Below, one piece after another: positions 39,646 through 49,615 of a DNA stretch of 64,000 bases. A program made the translations under genes and the position numbers. Source of the stretch: a virus; IMG/VR virus record IMGVR_UViG_3300021400_000206, positions 1,615-65,614 of that record. One strand, given 5' to 3'. Numbering within the stretch: the first letter of the stretch is position 1; the number at the start of each line of letters is the position of its first letter. The notes beneath the pieces were generated by a model. It was not told the origin of the DNA and did no database searches. It saw only the letters and a list, made by a program, of their open reading frames with translations.

Positions 39646-39822
39646 ATGAAGTTATCTATCACTACAAAGTACGTTTTGATTTTCGTGTGCATTATTTGCG
39701 GGGTCGCTGCCATCATTTTCACGCCCGACCTTTACACTTTATCCCATCGTAATTACGGACCGGCTCTCGCGTTTCTTTTCGCCTGCCTCGCCACACTTCT
39801 TTGGGATTCCGTGGACGATTAG
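39646..39822 (+). CDS. Small two-TM membrane protein (start MKLSITT)
   Basis: Bounded by repeat elements; two hydrophobic segments. Confidence 0.7.
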   Translation: MKLSITTKYVLIFVCIICGVAAIIFTPDLYTLSHRNYGPALAFLFACLATLLWDSVDD

Positions 39823-39863
39823 TCTAAAGCAGCCGAACGGCTGCACCACTAACCAATAACAAT

Positions 39864-40034
39864 ATGATTTACAAGATTATTAAGAAACCGAGCGGGTTTT
39901 GGTATGTTGGAAAGCTACTGACTACCGACCCTGATGAGACTCCCGTGTATCAGCAGGTGAGCAACTTGTATTGCTACCGAGGCTGGGCGCAGGCGTTCTG
40001 TAGGCGAATGAAGATTAAGCCTATCAATTATTAA
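39864..40034 (+). CDS. Small hypothetical protein (56 aa; not in ORF track)
   Basis: Manual translation MIYKIIKKPSGFWYVGKLL...KIKPINY; bounded by repeat elements. Confidence 0.7.
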   Translation: MIYKIIKKPSGFWYVGKLLTTDPDETPVYQQVSNLYCYRGWAQAFCRRMKIKPINY

Positions 40035-40125
40035 TTAGTCTTGAGGGCGCGAGCGGACATTTTTTTCGTTTGTTTTAGTCTGCTTGCGCTTACTATGTTT
40101 AACCAACTAAAAGAAAGGAAAGAAT

Positions 40126-41922
40126 ATGTTGTATTTTAATTTCAAGAACTACGAAGAGTTTGAGAAGATTTTCGGTATCGTCAAGCATGGTAACGGAGTA
40201 GAGTCGCGCAAGAACAAGATTCTTCTGTCTCTCTACAAGGATAAGAAATGGTTCAGAAACCACGTTCTTAATAACGTTGCCGGTGATTACTCATGGGAGT
40301 TCAATAGGCTTTCAGATAGAGTTAGGGCGAAAATCAAGGGTAATAAACCCTCCCTAAGAGAAAGAATGATAAGGAATTATTACTCAGAAAGTTTCAATAA
40401 CGTATCAGACAAAGCCTATCTTGATCCATTGAAATGTACTAACGTCGCATCTCTGAGAGGTACGTTGTTCAGTATTCTGACCAACCCTCGTTTCTTTGTA
40501 TCAGATTCAGATTGCTACGAGTTACATCTCGGTGGAAGGTGTTTCTATTCTACTCAATTCAGGACTGATGATAATTGTGGTGTTTGTTGGGATGGAACCA
40601 CAAATGCCATACGTTATTACAATGTTGAGAAAGGGCGCGTTTTTAAGATGAAAGCAGGAAAGATGTTTAATCACATTCTTTCTTGTAATTCTATCTTATG
40701 CGATGCCCCTGAGCAGATTAAACGTTGGCTTTCAGAGGAGTTTGTGTCCGCCTGGATTGCATATTCCTCAGAGAAAGTCAACCCTGACAGATACAAACTC
40801 CATGTGGACGACAGATTTGATAAGATATACGACTCGAATTGTTGTGTAGGAAATTTCCATTCCTGCATGGTAGATAACGGGCAGTATAATTTCTACAAGA
40901 ACTCTGTCAAAGCCAAAGCTGCGTATATCACAGATAGTGACGACCGCATCGTTGCAAGATGTATCATTTTCCTTGATGTCGAAGACGAAGAGGGGAACAC
41001 CTACAATCTTGCCGAACGTCAGTATTCTTCGGATTCTGACCTCGACCTCCAAAGGTACCTGGTTAATTCGCTTATCCGCGAAGGCTATATCGATGGCTAC
41101 AAACGTGTTGGCGCAAGCTGCCACGATGCCGATGCTTTCGTAAGCAATAGCGGACAAGACTGGAGCGATAAGACATTCCATATCAGTTGCGAACTTGAAG
41201 AAGGAGGCACTTTGTCATACCAAGATTCATTCAAGTATTTCGATCTTGCCAATCAAATCGCTTCAAACAAGGATTTCTCTGGTGCTTGCGATCTGGCGAC
41301 AACGGATAGTACATTCGGAGGAGAAGATTCCTATTGGTCTGAGTACAACCAAGAGTACATTTCTGATAACGAAGCAATTTATGTTGAAACGCGAGATGAT
41401 TACTTCTATGACACTCAGACAGTAACTGCCAATGTGTGGTCAGACAGAACGAACTCATTCTATGAAGAGAGATGTTTCGAGAATGACTGCGTCTATTTCG
41501 ACAATGAATATTACTACGCAGGCACCGATGCATGTTATCCGGAAGACAACGGAATTCGTAAGTGCCCTCGCTGCGGTGATTACTTTGTCGATAGCGAAGA
41601 TTATTATTCTGAGCTTACAGAAGAATACTATTGCTGCGAATACTGCAAGGACAAGGACGAGGAGGATTACAAGGATGATAACTGGTATTACTCTAAGTAC
41701 GACGAAGATTATTTCGAGGACGAAGATGACGTGGTAGAAGCCTTCGAGTGGTCAGAAGCCAAAGGACGTTTCATACCTACAACCATCTCTGTCGCAACCT
41801 TCAACTCTCTCGTAGAATCGAGCAGTGCCACCATTTTCTATGGTGAGCGATTCATTGACGAGGTTCTTTATGACGGCGAGCCCGTACACGAGGACCTCCT
41901 CGACGCAAATCTCGTTGCCTAA
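40126..41922 (+). CDS. Large protein with HSCM/ARCIIF/ERQY core and acidic Cys/Tyr-rich C-terminus
   Basis: 598-aa ORF; CPRC and CCEYC zinc-finger-like motifs. Confidence 0.85.
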   Translation: MLYFNFKNYEEFEKIFGIVKHGNGVESRKNKILLSLYKDKKWFRNHVLNNVAGDYSWEFNRLSDRVRAKIKGNKPSLRERMIRNYYSESFNNVSDKAYLDPLKCTNVASLRGTLFSILTNPRFFVSDSDCYELHLGGRCFYSTQFRTDDNCGVCWDGTTNAIRYYNVEKGRVFKMKAGKMFNHILSCNSILCDAPEQIKRWLSEEFVSAWIAYSSEKVNPDRYKLHVDDRFDKIYDSNCCVGNFHSCMVDNGQYNFYKNSVKAKAAYITDSDDRIVARCIIFLDVEDEEGNTYNLAERQYSSDSDLDLQRYLVNSLIREGYIDGYKRVGASCHDADAFVSNSGQDWSDKTFHISCELEEGGTLSYQDSFKYFDLANQIASNKDFSGACDLATTDSTFGGEDSYWSEYNQEYISDNEAIYVETRDDYFYDTQTVTANVWSDRTNSFYEERCFENDCVYFDNEYYYAGTDACYPEDNGIRKCPRCGDYFVDSEDYYSELTEEYYCCEYCKDKDEEDYKDDNWYYSKYDEDYFEDEDDVVEAFEWSEAKGRFIPTTISVATFNSLVESSSATIFYGERFIDEVLYDGEPVHEDLLDANLVA

Positions 41923-41981
41923 GTCTCTTGACCCGTCTTGCATGGCGGGTCGCTATTATTAACCAACTAAATTTATAGAAT

Positions 41982-42989
41982 ATGAATAAGGATTTATTAT
42001 TTCAGCTTTATGGAGTTTTCTCTCCGAGTGGTAAAGAGCAGAAGATGCGCAAGTTCATCAAGGATTACATCAAGAAGAACTGCGGTAAGTGTGACGTGAA
42101 GCAGGATGATTCCGGAAACCTGTTCATTGTAAAAGGACAGAGCGAAACATATCCCTGCCTCGCTGCACACATCGACCAAGTACAGAGAACGCGCTACAAG
42201 GATTTCATATGCCTTGAGGTTGAGGATAAAGTGCTCGGCTGGTCTCCGAAGATGATGGAGCAGCAGGGCCTGGGTGCCGACGACAAGAACGGCATTTGGA
42301 TTTGTCTTGAATGTCTCAAGAAATATGATGTCCTCAAGGTTGCGTTCTTCGTAGGCGAAGAAATCGGCTGCGTTGGTTCGAGAGCCTGCGACATGAATTT
42401 CTTTGAAGACTGCCGCTTTATTGTTGAGCCTGACCGGATGGGATCTTCCGACCTCATCACGGATATGTTCTGTGGCGATGTCTGCTCTGCGGATTTCGTC
42501 GCTGCCCTGGATGCTTATTCGTTCGGCTACGAGCATGACCACGGAAGTGTTACTGACGTTGGCGAACTCGTCTCCCGTGGGGTAGGCATTAGTTGTCTGA
42601 ACGTGTCCTGCGGCTACTACAGAGCGCATACCGATAGAGAATACACCTGTCTCCCCGAGCTGGAGAACTGCTTGAATTTCGTATGCCACATCATTGAAAC
42701 ATGCGTCATTGTTTATCCTTTCGCCATGGACGATAAATACTACTTTAGCCATGGCGGTTATGGCGGTTATGACGATGACGAGGATTACTGCGATGAGGAC
42801 TACGACATGATGGAACTTCTTCTCCTCGATAATAGCACACTGACGTTCTCAGACATAATCGACGTGTATTCCGTGAATTTCTACACGCAGGACGTAGATA
42901 TCCTGCGCGATATGTACGATGCTGCCCGTGATAATCTTGGAATCGAAGAGAAAGACGAACTCCCATTCAGAATCACAAAAGTCTCTTAA
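41982..42989 (+). CDS. M20/M28-family zinc peptidase/amidohydrolase
   Basis: AHID, GADDKNG, GEEIGCVGS, DR, GYYRAHT metal-ligand motifs. Confidence 0.88.
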   Translation: MNKDLLFQLYGVFSPSGKEQKMRKFIKDYIKKNCGKCDVKQDDSGNLFIVKGQSETYPCLAAHIDQVQRTRYKDFICLEVEDKVLGWSPKMMEQQGLGADDKNGIWICLECLKKYDVLKVAFFVGEEIGCVGSRACDMNFFEDCRFIVEPDRMGSSDLITDMFCGDVCSADFVAALDAYSFGYEHDHGSVTDVGELVSRGVGISCLNVSCGYYRAHTDREYTCLPELENCLNFVCHIIETCVIVYPFAMDDKYYFSHGGYGGYDDDEDYCDEDYDMMELLLLDNSTLTFSDIIDVYSVNFYTQDVDILRDMYDAARDNLGIEEKDELPFRITKVS

Positions 42990-43083
42990 TTCAACGGAAT
43001 CTACGAAGAAACCGCTTAGTCTTTCGTGGGCCTTGCATGGCCCGCACTATTTATTGTTTAACCCTTTAAAATTAAAAAGAATT

Positions 43084-43989
43084 ATGGCAAAAAAGAATTT
43101 CAAAATCAAGAGTGTTGATGAAGTTAAGGTTGTAAATCGTAACTACAACTTGTATATTGATAGAGCTGGCTACTTGTCAGAGAGCGGCAAGCTTGTGTAC
43201 GTCAGAGTTACGAGCATCATCATTGACCTCAAGGCTCAGAGTGCTATCACAACCCTCCTGGATATGGAAGGTAGTGAGTATAAACGACAGGAAGGTTTCT
43301 TGCTCTATAATTCGCCTGACGACTTCGAGGCTAATCAACCCATTGATGCTTACCACCATGCGGTAATAGGATTGATAAATTACAACATTTCAAAGTTTAG
43401 TGACTCTGCCTCTGTAATCCCCAAGAAGGAGGGCGATACGAGTGAGTTCTGTTACGCCGGAGGCTATATCTTCCGCGACAACGATGCGCTCTTTGTTCCT
43501 TTCGAGATCAATAAGATTGAATGGAAGTATGGCAAGTGGTCAGTGGTTGATGGCTCCATTCCCGATGTGTACTACAGGAGTAGGGAAGACGCCTTCTCAT
43601 TCAACGAATACAAGGTGCTCGATGAGGATGGCGAGGAGTTCCTGGAACGCGGCAACAATCTGCGTCTCAAGTTGACCGATGAGCAGAAAGCCCTCGTTGA
43701 AGAGCTGAGGAAGTGCTTCCACAAGGCGCAACAAGCTGGTGTAAATTTCATTTGGGACCGCGAATGTTGCGGTTTTATTGAGGCTTACAACGGAAACGAA
43801 GTTACTGAATTTGGCTACAATGACGGTGGCCTCACAGAAGATGGAGACAATGTCGACATCAGTGAAGTAGAGACTTACAATACCGGCATCGATTTCTACG
43901 ACTTCAACTCATGCGAAGATTACTCATTCGTCTTCAAGAAGACACCTCGCCAACTCAAGGCATGGAAGAAGAGCCATCCCGAAGATTAG
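43084..43989 (+). CDS. Hypothetical protein (start MAKKNF)
   Basis: Bounded by repeat elements. Confidence 0.8.
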   Translation: MAKKNFKIKSVDEVKVVNRNYNLYIDRAGYLSESGKLVYVRVTSIIIDLKAQSAITTLLDMEGSEYKRQEGFLLYNSPDDFEANQPIDAYHHAVIGLINYNISKFSDSASVIPKKEGDTSEFCYAGGYIFRDNDALFVPFEINKIEWKYGKWSVVDGSIPDVYYRSREDAFSFNEYKVLDEDGEEFLERGNNLRLKLTDEQKALVEELRKCFHKAQQAGVNFIWDRECCGFIEAYNGNEVTEFGYNDGGLTEDGDNVDISEVETYNTGIDFYDFNSCEDYSFVFKKTPRQLKAWKKSHPED

Positions 43990-44042
43990 TCTTTAGCCCG
44001 CCCGTCAAGGCGGGTGCTATTAACCACAAAAAAAATATGATT

Positions 44043-44252
44043 ATGGCAAAGTTTATTAAAGTACACAAAGAGGTATTGAAAGACAAGCTTGATTACGAGC
44101 CTTTCTATGTTAATATCGACCACATTGTTCATGTTGGGATAGATCCTCGATATGGCAATAAATGTGTTCTACGATGCAGTAACGAATTTATGTTTATAAA
44201 AGAGTCACCTGACGAAATCATGGAACGTATTCGTGCAGTCAATCGTCTTTAG
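44043..44252 (+). CDS. Small protein, FlbD-like pattern
   Basis: MAKFIKV...YVNIDHI...IKESPDEI. Confidence 0.65.
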   Translation: MAKFIKVHKEVLKDKLDYEPFYVNIDHIVHVGIDPRYGNKCVLRCSNEFMFIKESPDEIMERIRAVNRL

Positions 44253-44292
44253 GGAGCCGCAGCTCCCACCATTAACCCTTAATTTTTAGAAT

Positions 44293-44655
44293 ATGAACGA
44301 ACAGAAATCAATCTACGCTTGCTATGAGGAAATCAAGCAGCGAGAAATCAGAGAGTTGAAAGAGAGATTGAAGGCTTTCGGTGGAGTGGCACATTTCGGA
44401 CCCGACTATACCGGAGAAGGAGCCACCGGCAGTAATATGCCTGCCGTGAGTATTAACTCTGACAACCGCGGGCCGCACGATGTCTTAATTCATGCGGTTG
44501 CCATTGACGACAAAGGCCATCTCACGATACTGGGCGACACATTGGAGGAAGAGGAGTACCCTTCTGAAATCAGTCTCGAGGATATCGCCTACGGCCACAT
44601 CGAGTTTATCACGGATGCTATTCCGCTCCGCGTTCAATCTGAACAATATCAGTGA
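44293..44655 (+). CDS. Hypothetical protein (120 aa)
   Basis: Preceded by repeat element. Confidence 0.75.
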   Translation: MNEQKSIYACYEEIKQREIRELKERLKAFGGVAHFGPDYTGEGATGSNMPAVSINSDNRGPHDVLIHAVAIDDKGHLTILGDTLEEEEYPSEISLEDIAYGHIEFITDAIPLRVQSEQYQ

Positions 44656-44744
44656 ATAATCCATATCTTATCTTTTTAGTTGGTTCGGGGCAGGGGAGAG
44701 AAATCTTCCCGCCCTTTCTATTTTTCACCATTATTCAAAAGTAT

Positions 44745-44888
44745 ATGACCGATTTAGCTAAATGGGTATGGATAATACTCATAGCCATCCTCTTTATGGG
44801 GCCCGTTGTCTTCATGATAATTGGTGCTTCCATTGTTGTATCAATTATCGCAGTGTTTGCCACCGGTATGCACAAGAAGAAGTATTAA
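44745..44888 (+). CDS. Small hydrophobic membrane peptide (start MTDLAK)
   Basis: Long hydrophobic stretch; stop fused to repeat element. Confidence 0.6.
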   Translation: MTDLAKWVWIILIAILFMGPVVFMIIGASIVVSIIAVFATGMHKKKY

Positions 44889-44941
44889 GTCTCAAAGCGG
44901 AGCAAAGGACTCCGCACTATGTTTAACCCTTTAAGAAGATT

Positions 44942-45493
44942 ATGAACAAAAGAGTATTGCTAAAGCAGTTTTCGTTCATTCCAAAGGATGAATTGGATTA
45001 CGAGCTTAAAAATGTGCGCAAGGATTACAAGACCGAACGCGGGTTCATGAATCATTTGACAAAAGTCAACGATGAGAACAAACGCAAGTTGACTATGTCG
45101 GATATCAGCGAACTTCGCATTGATGTTGAGTGGAAGAAATCCCGCTACTGGGGTAACTGCCCTCGCGCTGAGTGGCGTTGTTGGTTCAAGGACGGCTCTT
45201 TCATGAGTGGATCGGAGTACGCGAGCGGCTGTGGTTACGACAAACTATCACAGGTTGTTGCCGACGTATTCAATAAGGTTGCGAAGGGTATGGCCTGGCG
45301 CAAGCGAAACTCACGCAAGAAAGCTCCTTATGGACTCCGTCATGTAGGCAAATGCGCAGACAAAGGATGGCCTCCTTACTTCGAAGGTGGCATTGGTTCT
45401 AACTGCTATTACTCAATCGCAGAATATCTTGGTGGCAAGATGGTCTGGTCAGAAGGTAAGACGTGGGATCGATTCGATTTCAAGTTCAAGTAG
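44942..45493 (+). CDS. Hypothetical protein (183 aa)
   Basis: EWKKSRYWGNCP, ASGCGYDKLS, FEGGIG motifs. Confidence 0.8.
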   Translation: MNKRVLLKQFSFIPKDELDYELKNVRKDYKTERGFMNHLTKVNDENKRKLTMSDISELRIDVEWKKSRYWGNCPRAEWRCWFKDGSFMSGSEYASGCGYDKLSQVVADVFNKVAKGMAWRKRNSRKKAPYGLRHVGKCADKGWPPYFEGGIGSNCYYSIAEYLGGKMVWSEGKTWDRFDFKFK

Positions 45494-45573
45494 TGAATAG
45501 CTTTCATTTTAGTTGGTTGGGGGCCGCGTGGAGAAATCCGCCGGCCTCTTCTATTAACCAAAAAGTAAAGTAT

Positions 45574-46299
45574 ATGATTATCAATGGAAAAGTACATTGT
45601 TTTTTCGAACAATCCGGTACATTTAAGAAGGAGTTCATCAAGTTAGGAATCCCTGCTCTGGATTACGACATTCAGAATAATTTCGGTGAGACAGACTATG
45701 TTATAGACTTGTTCGCTGAGATCTGGAATGCGTATGACGACAAGGCGAGTCTGTTTGACAATATCGACCGAGAGAACGACCTCATCATTGCGTTCTTCCC
45801 GTGCATATTCTTCTCTCAGCAGAACTCTACCTTCTTCGATGGAACGAACACGACTCTGAAAAAATACTCCACCAAAGAGAAAATGGATATTATCCTGGAG
45901 CGCAACCGGCAGAGATCACGTTTCTACGAGACCTGCCTCAAGATGTTCGTTACCGCAGACTTGCGCGGATTAAGAATGATTGTTGAGAATCCTTTTTCTA
46001 CAATTCACTTCCTCTACAACAATTTCCCGTACAAGCCAACGTTCATCGACAGAGACCGACAGAGGCGCGGCGACTATTTCCGTAATCCTACTCAATATTG
46101 GTTCATCAACTGCGAGCCTACCTATGGTAGGTCGTTTCAAAAGCCCGAGCAGGTCCGAACGGTCAACGGGCTAACCGGGCACCAAGGAAATCTGTGCGAC
46201 GAGGACCGCTCTCTTATCAGTCCGGATTACGCCCGCAACTTTATCTGCGACTTTGTTATAGGAAGGGAGCAGCGATTCTCTGAGCCTTCTTTGTTTTAG
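45574..46299 (+). CDS. DNA cytosine-C5 methyltransferase-like protein
   Basis: CFFEQSG (variant motif I), YDI, AFFPC (motif IV), IVENP (motif VI), PTQYW. Confidence 0.65.
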   Translation: MIINGKVHCFFEQSGTFKKEFIKLGIPALDYDIQNNFGETDYVIDLFAEIWNAYDDKASLFDNIDRENDLIIAFFPCIFFSQQNSTFFDGTNTTLKKYSTKEKMDIILERNRQRSRFYETCLKMFVTADLRGLRMIVENPFSTIHFLYNNFPYKPTFIDRDRQRRGDYFRNPTQYWFINCEPTYGRSFQKPEQVRTVNGLTGHQGNLCDEDRSLISPDYARNFICDFVIGREQRFSEPSLF

Positions 46300-46349
46300 T
46301 CTTCGCCCTCACTGAGGGCACCATGTTTAACCCTTTAAATTTATAGAAT

Positions 46350-46691
46350 ATGTTAAGATGGTATTACAATAATCGCATTGGTGACATCTATGTCAAATGC
46401 GAAGACGGAAAAGTCCGTAGGGTAAATATCTTTGGTGGAAATGCTCTTTGTATCTTCACTCAGTGGTTCAAGGACGCAAAGACCGGTAAGATGATGGAGC
46501 GATTGCTTAACTTCTACAATGACGAGAAGCATATCAAAAACATCATCAAGGGAACCGGTAAACTCGCGCCTATCGACGACATCACGTCCATCCGCCTCAA
46601 CATCTACTACAGCGAGGCTTTGATTCTCGCAAAGTATCTTGCAAGATGGTACAAGGTTACACTCTACTACAAAGAGCCTAAGAGCAAGTAG
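46350..46691 (+). CDS. Hypothetical protein (113 aa)
   Basis: Bounded by repeat elements. Confidence 0.75.
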   Translation: MLRWYYNNRIGDIYVKCEDGKVRRVNIFGGNALCIFTQWFKDAKTGKMMERLLNFYNDEKHIKNIIKGTGKLAPIDDITSIRLNIYYSEALILAKYLARWYKVTLYYKEPKSK

Positions 46692-46745
46692 TCCCATGGG
46701 TGCTCATGCACCCGCTATTATGTCAAACCATTTAATAAAAGAATT

Positions 46746-47228
46746 ATGAATAATATTGAAATGAAGAATTTGCGTGAGGAGTGCTTTAACTTGGTGAAGG
46801 ATTTTATGCCTGCTGACTGCTGCCTGGGCGACGTTAGCGGAGTGTTCTTCTTCTTCGACAAGCCATTTGTGGCCTCTATCGACAAGAGAGAGAAATTAAT
46901 GGAGCCAATACGCAGCGAGGAACAGGTCCGTGCCGTGTTCTACACTTACAACCGGCTCTGTCCTGCTGACTGCATCATAGTCATCCGCGAGGGTAATCTC
47001 AAAGCTTTTCAGATGCCGCTATTTAGCGAGGACCTGCATAGCAAGATCAAGCTGGAGCTCACCAACCTCATCGCAAAGAAACGACTGTTCCCTGTGCCAA
47101 TGAGGGAGATTGGAAACGACATCTTCTCTTTCCCGACAAGTCAGGCATCCACACGTTTCATCAATAGTTCGATGACTCGTCGGGCCATGTTTGCCGAAGA
47201 GCTGGCCCATATCCGGACTGTCCGCTAA
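46746..47228 (+). CDS. Hypothetical protein (160 aa)
   Basis: Bounded by repeat elements. Confidence 0.75.
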   Translation: MNNIEMKNLREECFNLVKDFMPADCCLGDVSGVFFFFDKPFVASIDKREKLMEPIRSEEQVRAVFYTYNRLCPADCIIVIREGNLKAFQMPLFSEDLHSKIKLELTNLIAKKRLFPVPMREIGNDIFSFPTSQASTRFINSSMTRRAMFAEELAHIRTVR

Positions 47229-47277
47229 GTCTCATGCTCCCTTCGGGGAGAACTATTAACCCTTAAAAAGAAGAATT

Positions 47278-47739
47278 ATGAATTTAAATCAGTTATTAGA
47301 GACGAGAGAAACGCATCGTCAGCAGTTGCTTGAAGCACTTGAGCAGTTCGTTCGCGACAATGGTGACGACATGTCCGATTATTACCGAGACGAGCATGGT
47401 ATCGACGAAGATTACTACGGCTACGATGTTGTAAAAATCCTCGACACCGCACAATTTGGCTGCGCTTTCCCATGTGCGTTGAGAATCAACGACGACGATC
47501 TGGAAAAAGCAGACTCCATCGACGACCTCTGCGACTCATTCGAGTTTCATGCGTTTTGGTCCTTCTATATTGCAAAAGACAGAAAGACAGGTGAAGAATC
47601 TCTCATGTACTATGAGTTCTGCTGCCCTGGCATAAGATGGAGCGACGAATCATCTTATACTTATCATGAGGCGGCTTTCGACTTGAGTCTCGAAGTTCTC
47701 GAAAACATTATCTCTGCCATCGAATCAGGCATGAAGTAG
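47278..47739 (+). CDS. Highly acidic hypothetical protein (153 aa)
   Basis: Bounded by repeat elements; D/E-rich. Confidence 0.75.
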   Translation: MNLNQLLETRETHRQQLLEALEQFVRDNGDDMSDYYRDEHGIDEDYYGYDVVKILDTAQFGCAFPCALRINDDDLEKADSIDDLCDSFEFHAFWSFYIAKDRKTGEESLMYYEFCCPGIRWSDESSYTYHEAAFDLSLEVLENIISAIESGMK

Positions 47740-47795
47740 TCTAACTATCATTTTCGTGACCTCACGGAAATGGTACCATTAACCCTTTAAAAAAT

Positions 47796-48116
47796 ATGAT
47801 TATGGAAAAGAAATTAATTCCCGCTCCAATCGATGAGAAGAATATCACGAGCGACTGGATTGAAGAGATCTTCGATAACTACACATGCACATGGAGAAAA
47901 GACTGCGCAGTCGGCTTCATAAACAATGTAGCAGTCATGGCCGCCTGGAGTTCCAACATATTGATGTGGAAGTTCATGGAAGAGGCAAATATTGAAGAGG
48001 CTTATGTCGTCCTAAAAGATAGGCTTTCGCGCTATGACGGACAGACAAGTGTCGTCGAAAAGAAGAGACGTGTAGGAAACATGCTGATTCAGCAGTTCTT
48101 TTTCGAAGACGAGTAG
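47796..48116 (+). CDS. Hypothetical protein (106 aa)
   Basis: Bounded by repeat elements. Confidence 0.75.
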   Translation: MIMEKKLIPAPIDEKNITSDWIEEIFDNYTCTWRKDCAVGFINNVAVMAAWSSNILMWKFMEEANIEEAYVVLKDRLSRYDGQTSVVEKKRRVGNMLIQQFFFEDE

Positions 48117-48164
48117 TCTTGAAAGCGGCTTAAATAGGCCGTTTTCGCAACCATCAACCATCGT

Positions 48165-48330
48165 AGATGTTCAATTTGTTGTTCAATTTTTGAACATCTA
48201 CGCACTCTTGTTGTTCAATTTTTGAACATCTACAAGTCGTTGTTGTTCAATTTTTGAACATCTACGGACCTTATTGTTCAATTTGTTGTTCAATTTGTTG
48301 TTCAATTTTTGAACATTAAACTGAACATTA
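48165..48330. repeat. Iteron-like array, candidate replication origin
   Basis: Palindrome TGTTCAA-TTT-TTGAACA at 48180, 48212, 48244 and 48299 plus TGTTCAATTTG half-sites; very AT-rich tract at 48445-48535. Confidence 0.8.
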
Positions 48331-48653
48331 AGGGAAAAAGAGAACAATTTTAAGGGGGTTTTGTTCGCAAATAGAACAATTTTTACGTGGATTTTTGTCA
48401 AAAAACCGGTAATTTCCATTTTCTTGACAAATTTTCCTCGCGCGTAATATTATATTATTCTTTAAGAAAAATAATATATATAAATATATATTTTAAAAAG
48501 AATTTTCCTTCTTATCGAAAAAATATATTATTTTTGCACCTATAAGCCTTTATGAAGGCGAAGCCTTCTTAGGTATAACGAAGCCTTAACGCGCGCGCGT
48601 ATAGGGGTCTCACGTAGGCTTGCCTACCCATACAAACCAAAAGATTCAAGAGT

Positions 48654-49583
48654 ATGATAGAAATCAAAGGATTAACTTTAGAACAGAACAAGAAATATCA
48701 GGCTTCTATAAGCCAGGGGTATTTCGATGGTTACGAGGAGAATCCGCGTGAGTGGAGGCACACGTTCGTAGGGGCTTTCGTTTGGAAATACCCTCTACGC
48801 ACCTCTGTGCTAAACTACTTCCGCGACATGTTGGGCCATGTGCCTACATGGGAGGATATCAACGACCTCAACCTGATGGACTTGCGTGAGGAGTTGTCAA
48901 AGCACTACTGCAACAACACATTGCACAATCGCTTTGCCGAACTCAAGGCTATCATCGGTGAGTATAGCGGTGTTATCAATATCCCTACGACAAGGCCCAA
49001 CAAGATTCTCAAGGCAAAGGAGGAGTCCCCTCAGAATATCTATCTGTCCGAGAGCGAGGTTGATCGTATTCATAACTACGTCCCTCAAACGAATACGGAG
49101 CAGTACGTAAAGAAGATATTCATGATTGAGGCCCTTACCGGAGCCCGTAACATTGACTCTAAGCGAATGAACCGGAGCAACGTTCACTTTGACACCGATT
49201 GTGTGCGCTACGTATCACAGAAGGTCAAGAACGAAATCGTCCTTCCTATTCATCGCTACCTCATGTCCTATCTCGCTGACCCCATAGAAGAGCAGGTCGC
49301 ACTCTCTACGTTCAACCGAACACTGAGGATTATCTGCAAGCGATGTGGTATCAACGAGAAGGTGACTCTCTTTCGTGAAGGAGAGTGGCACACCAAAGAG
49401 AAATGGGCATTCGTCTCATCCCACACCGGACGAAGATGCTTTGCCACGAATCTCTTTGTACGAGGTGCAGACCCATCACTCATCGCCCGTTACATGGGCC
49501 ATTCCTCACCGGAGATAACCATCAAGCGGTATATCGTAGGTTATCGCCAGGCGGATCAGAAGGTCTTGCGCTTCTTTCACTGA
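48654..49583 (+). CDS. Tyrosine recombinase without arm-binding domain
   Basis: LTGAR, SQK, SSHTGRR.FATN, MGHS, KRY give a complete catalytic set; promoter TATTTTTG at 48529-48536. Confidence 0.9.
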   Translation: MIEIKGLTLEQNKKYQASISQGYFDGYEENPREWRHTFVGAFVWKYPLRTSVLNYFRDMLGHVPTWEDINDLNLMDLREELSKHYCNNTLHNRFAELKAIIGEYSGVINIPTTRPNKILKAKEESPQNIYLSESEVDRIHNYVPQTNTEQYVKKIFMIEALTGARNIDSKRMNRSNVHFDTDCVRYVSQKVKNEIVLPIHRYLMSYLADPIEEQVALSTFNRTLRIICKRCGINEKVTLFREGEWHTKEKWAFVSSHTGRRCFATNLFVRGADPSLIARYMGHSSPEITIKRYIVGYRQADQKVLRFFH

Positions 49584-49615
49584 CAGAATCGTCACAAACC
49601 GGCGAGATATGTTTT

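Noticed and set aside
48165-48330. Possible CRISPR mini-array or the 73-aa minus-strand ORF
   Set aside because: Period is 32 bp with only about 8-9 variable nt, too short for spacers; no cas genes; the ORF merely translates the repeats.
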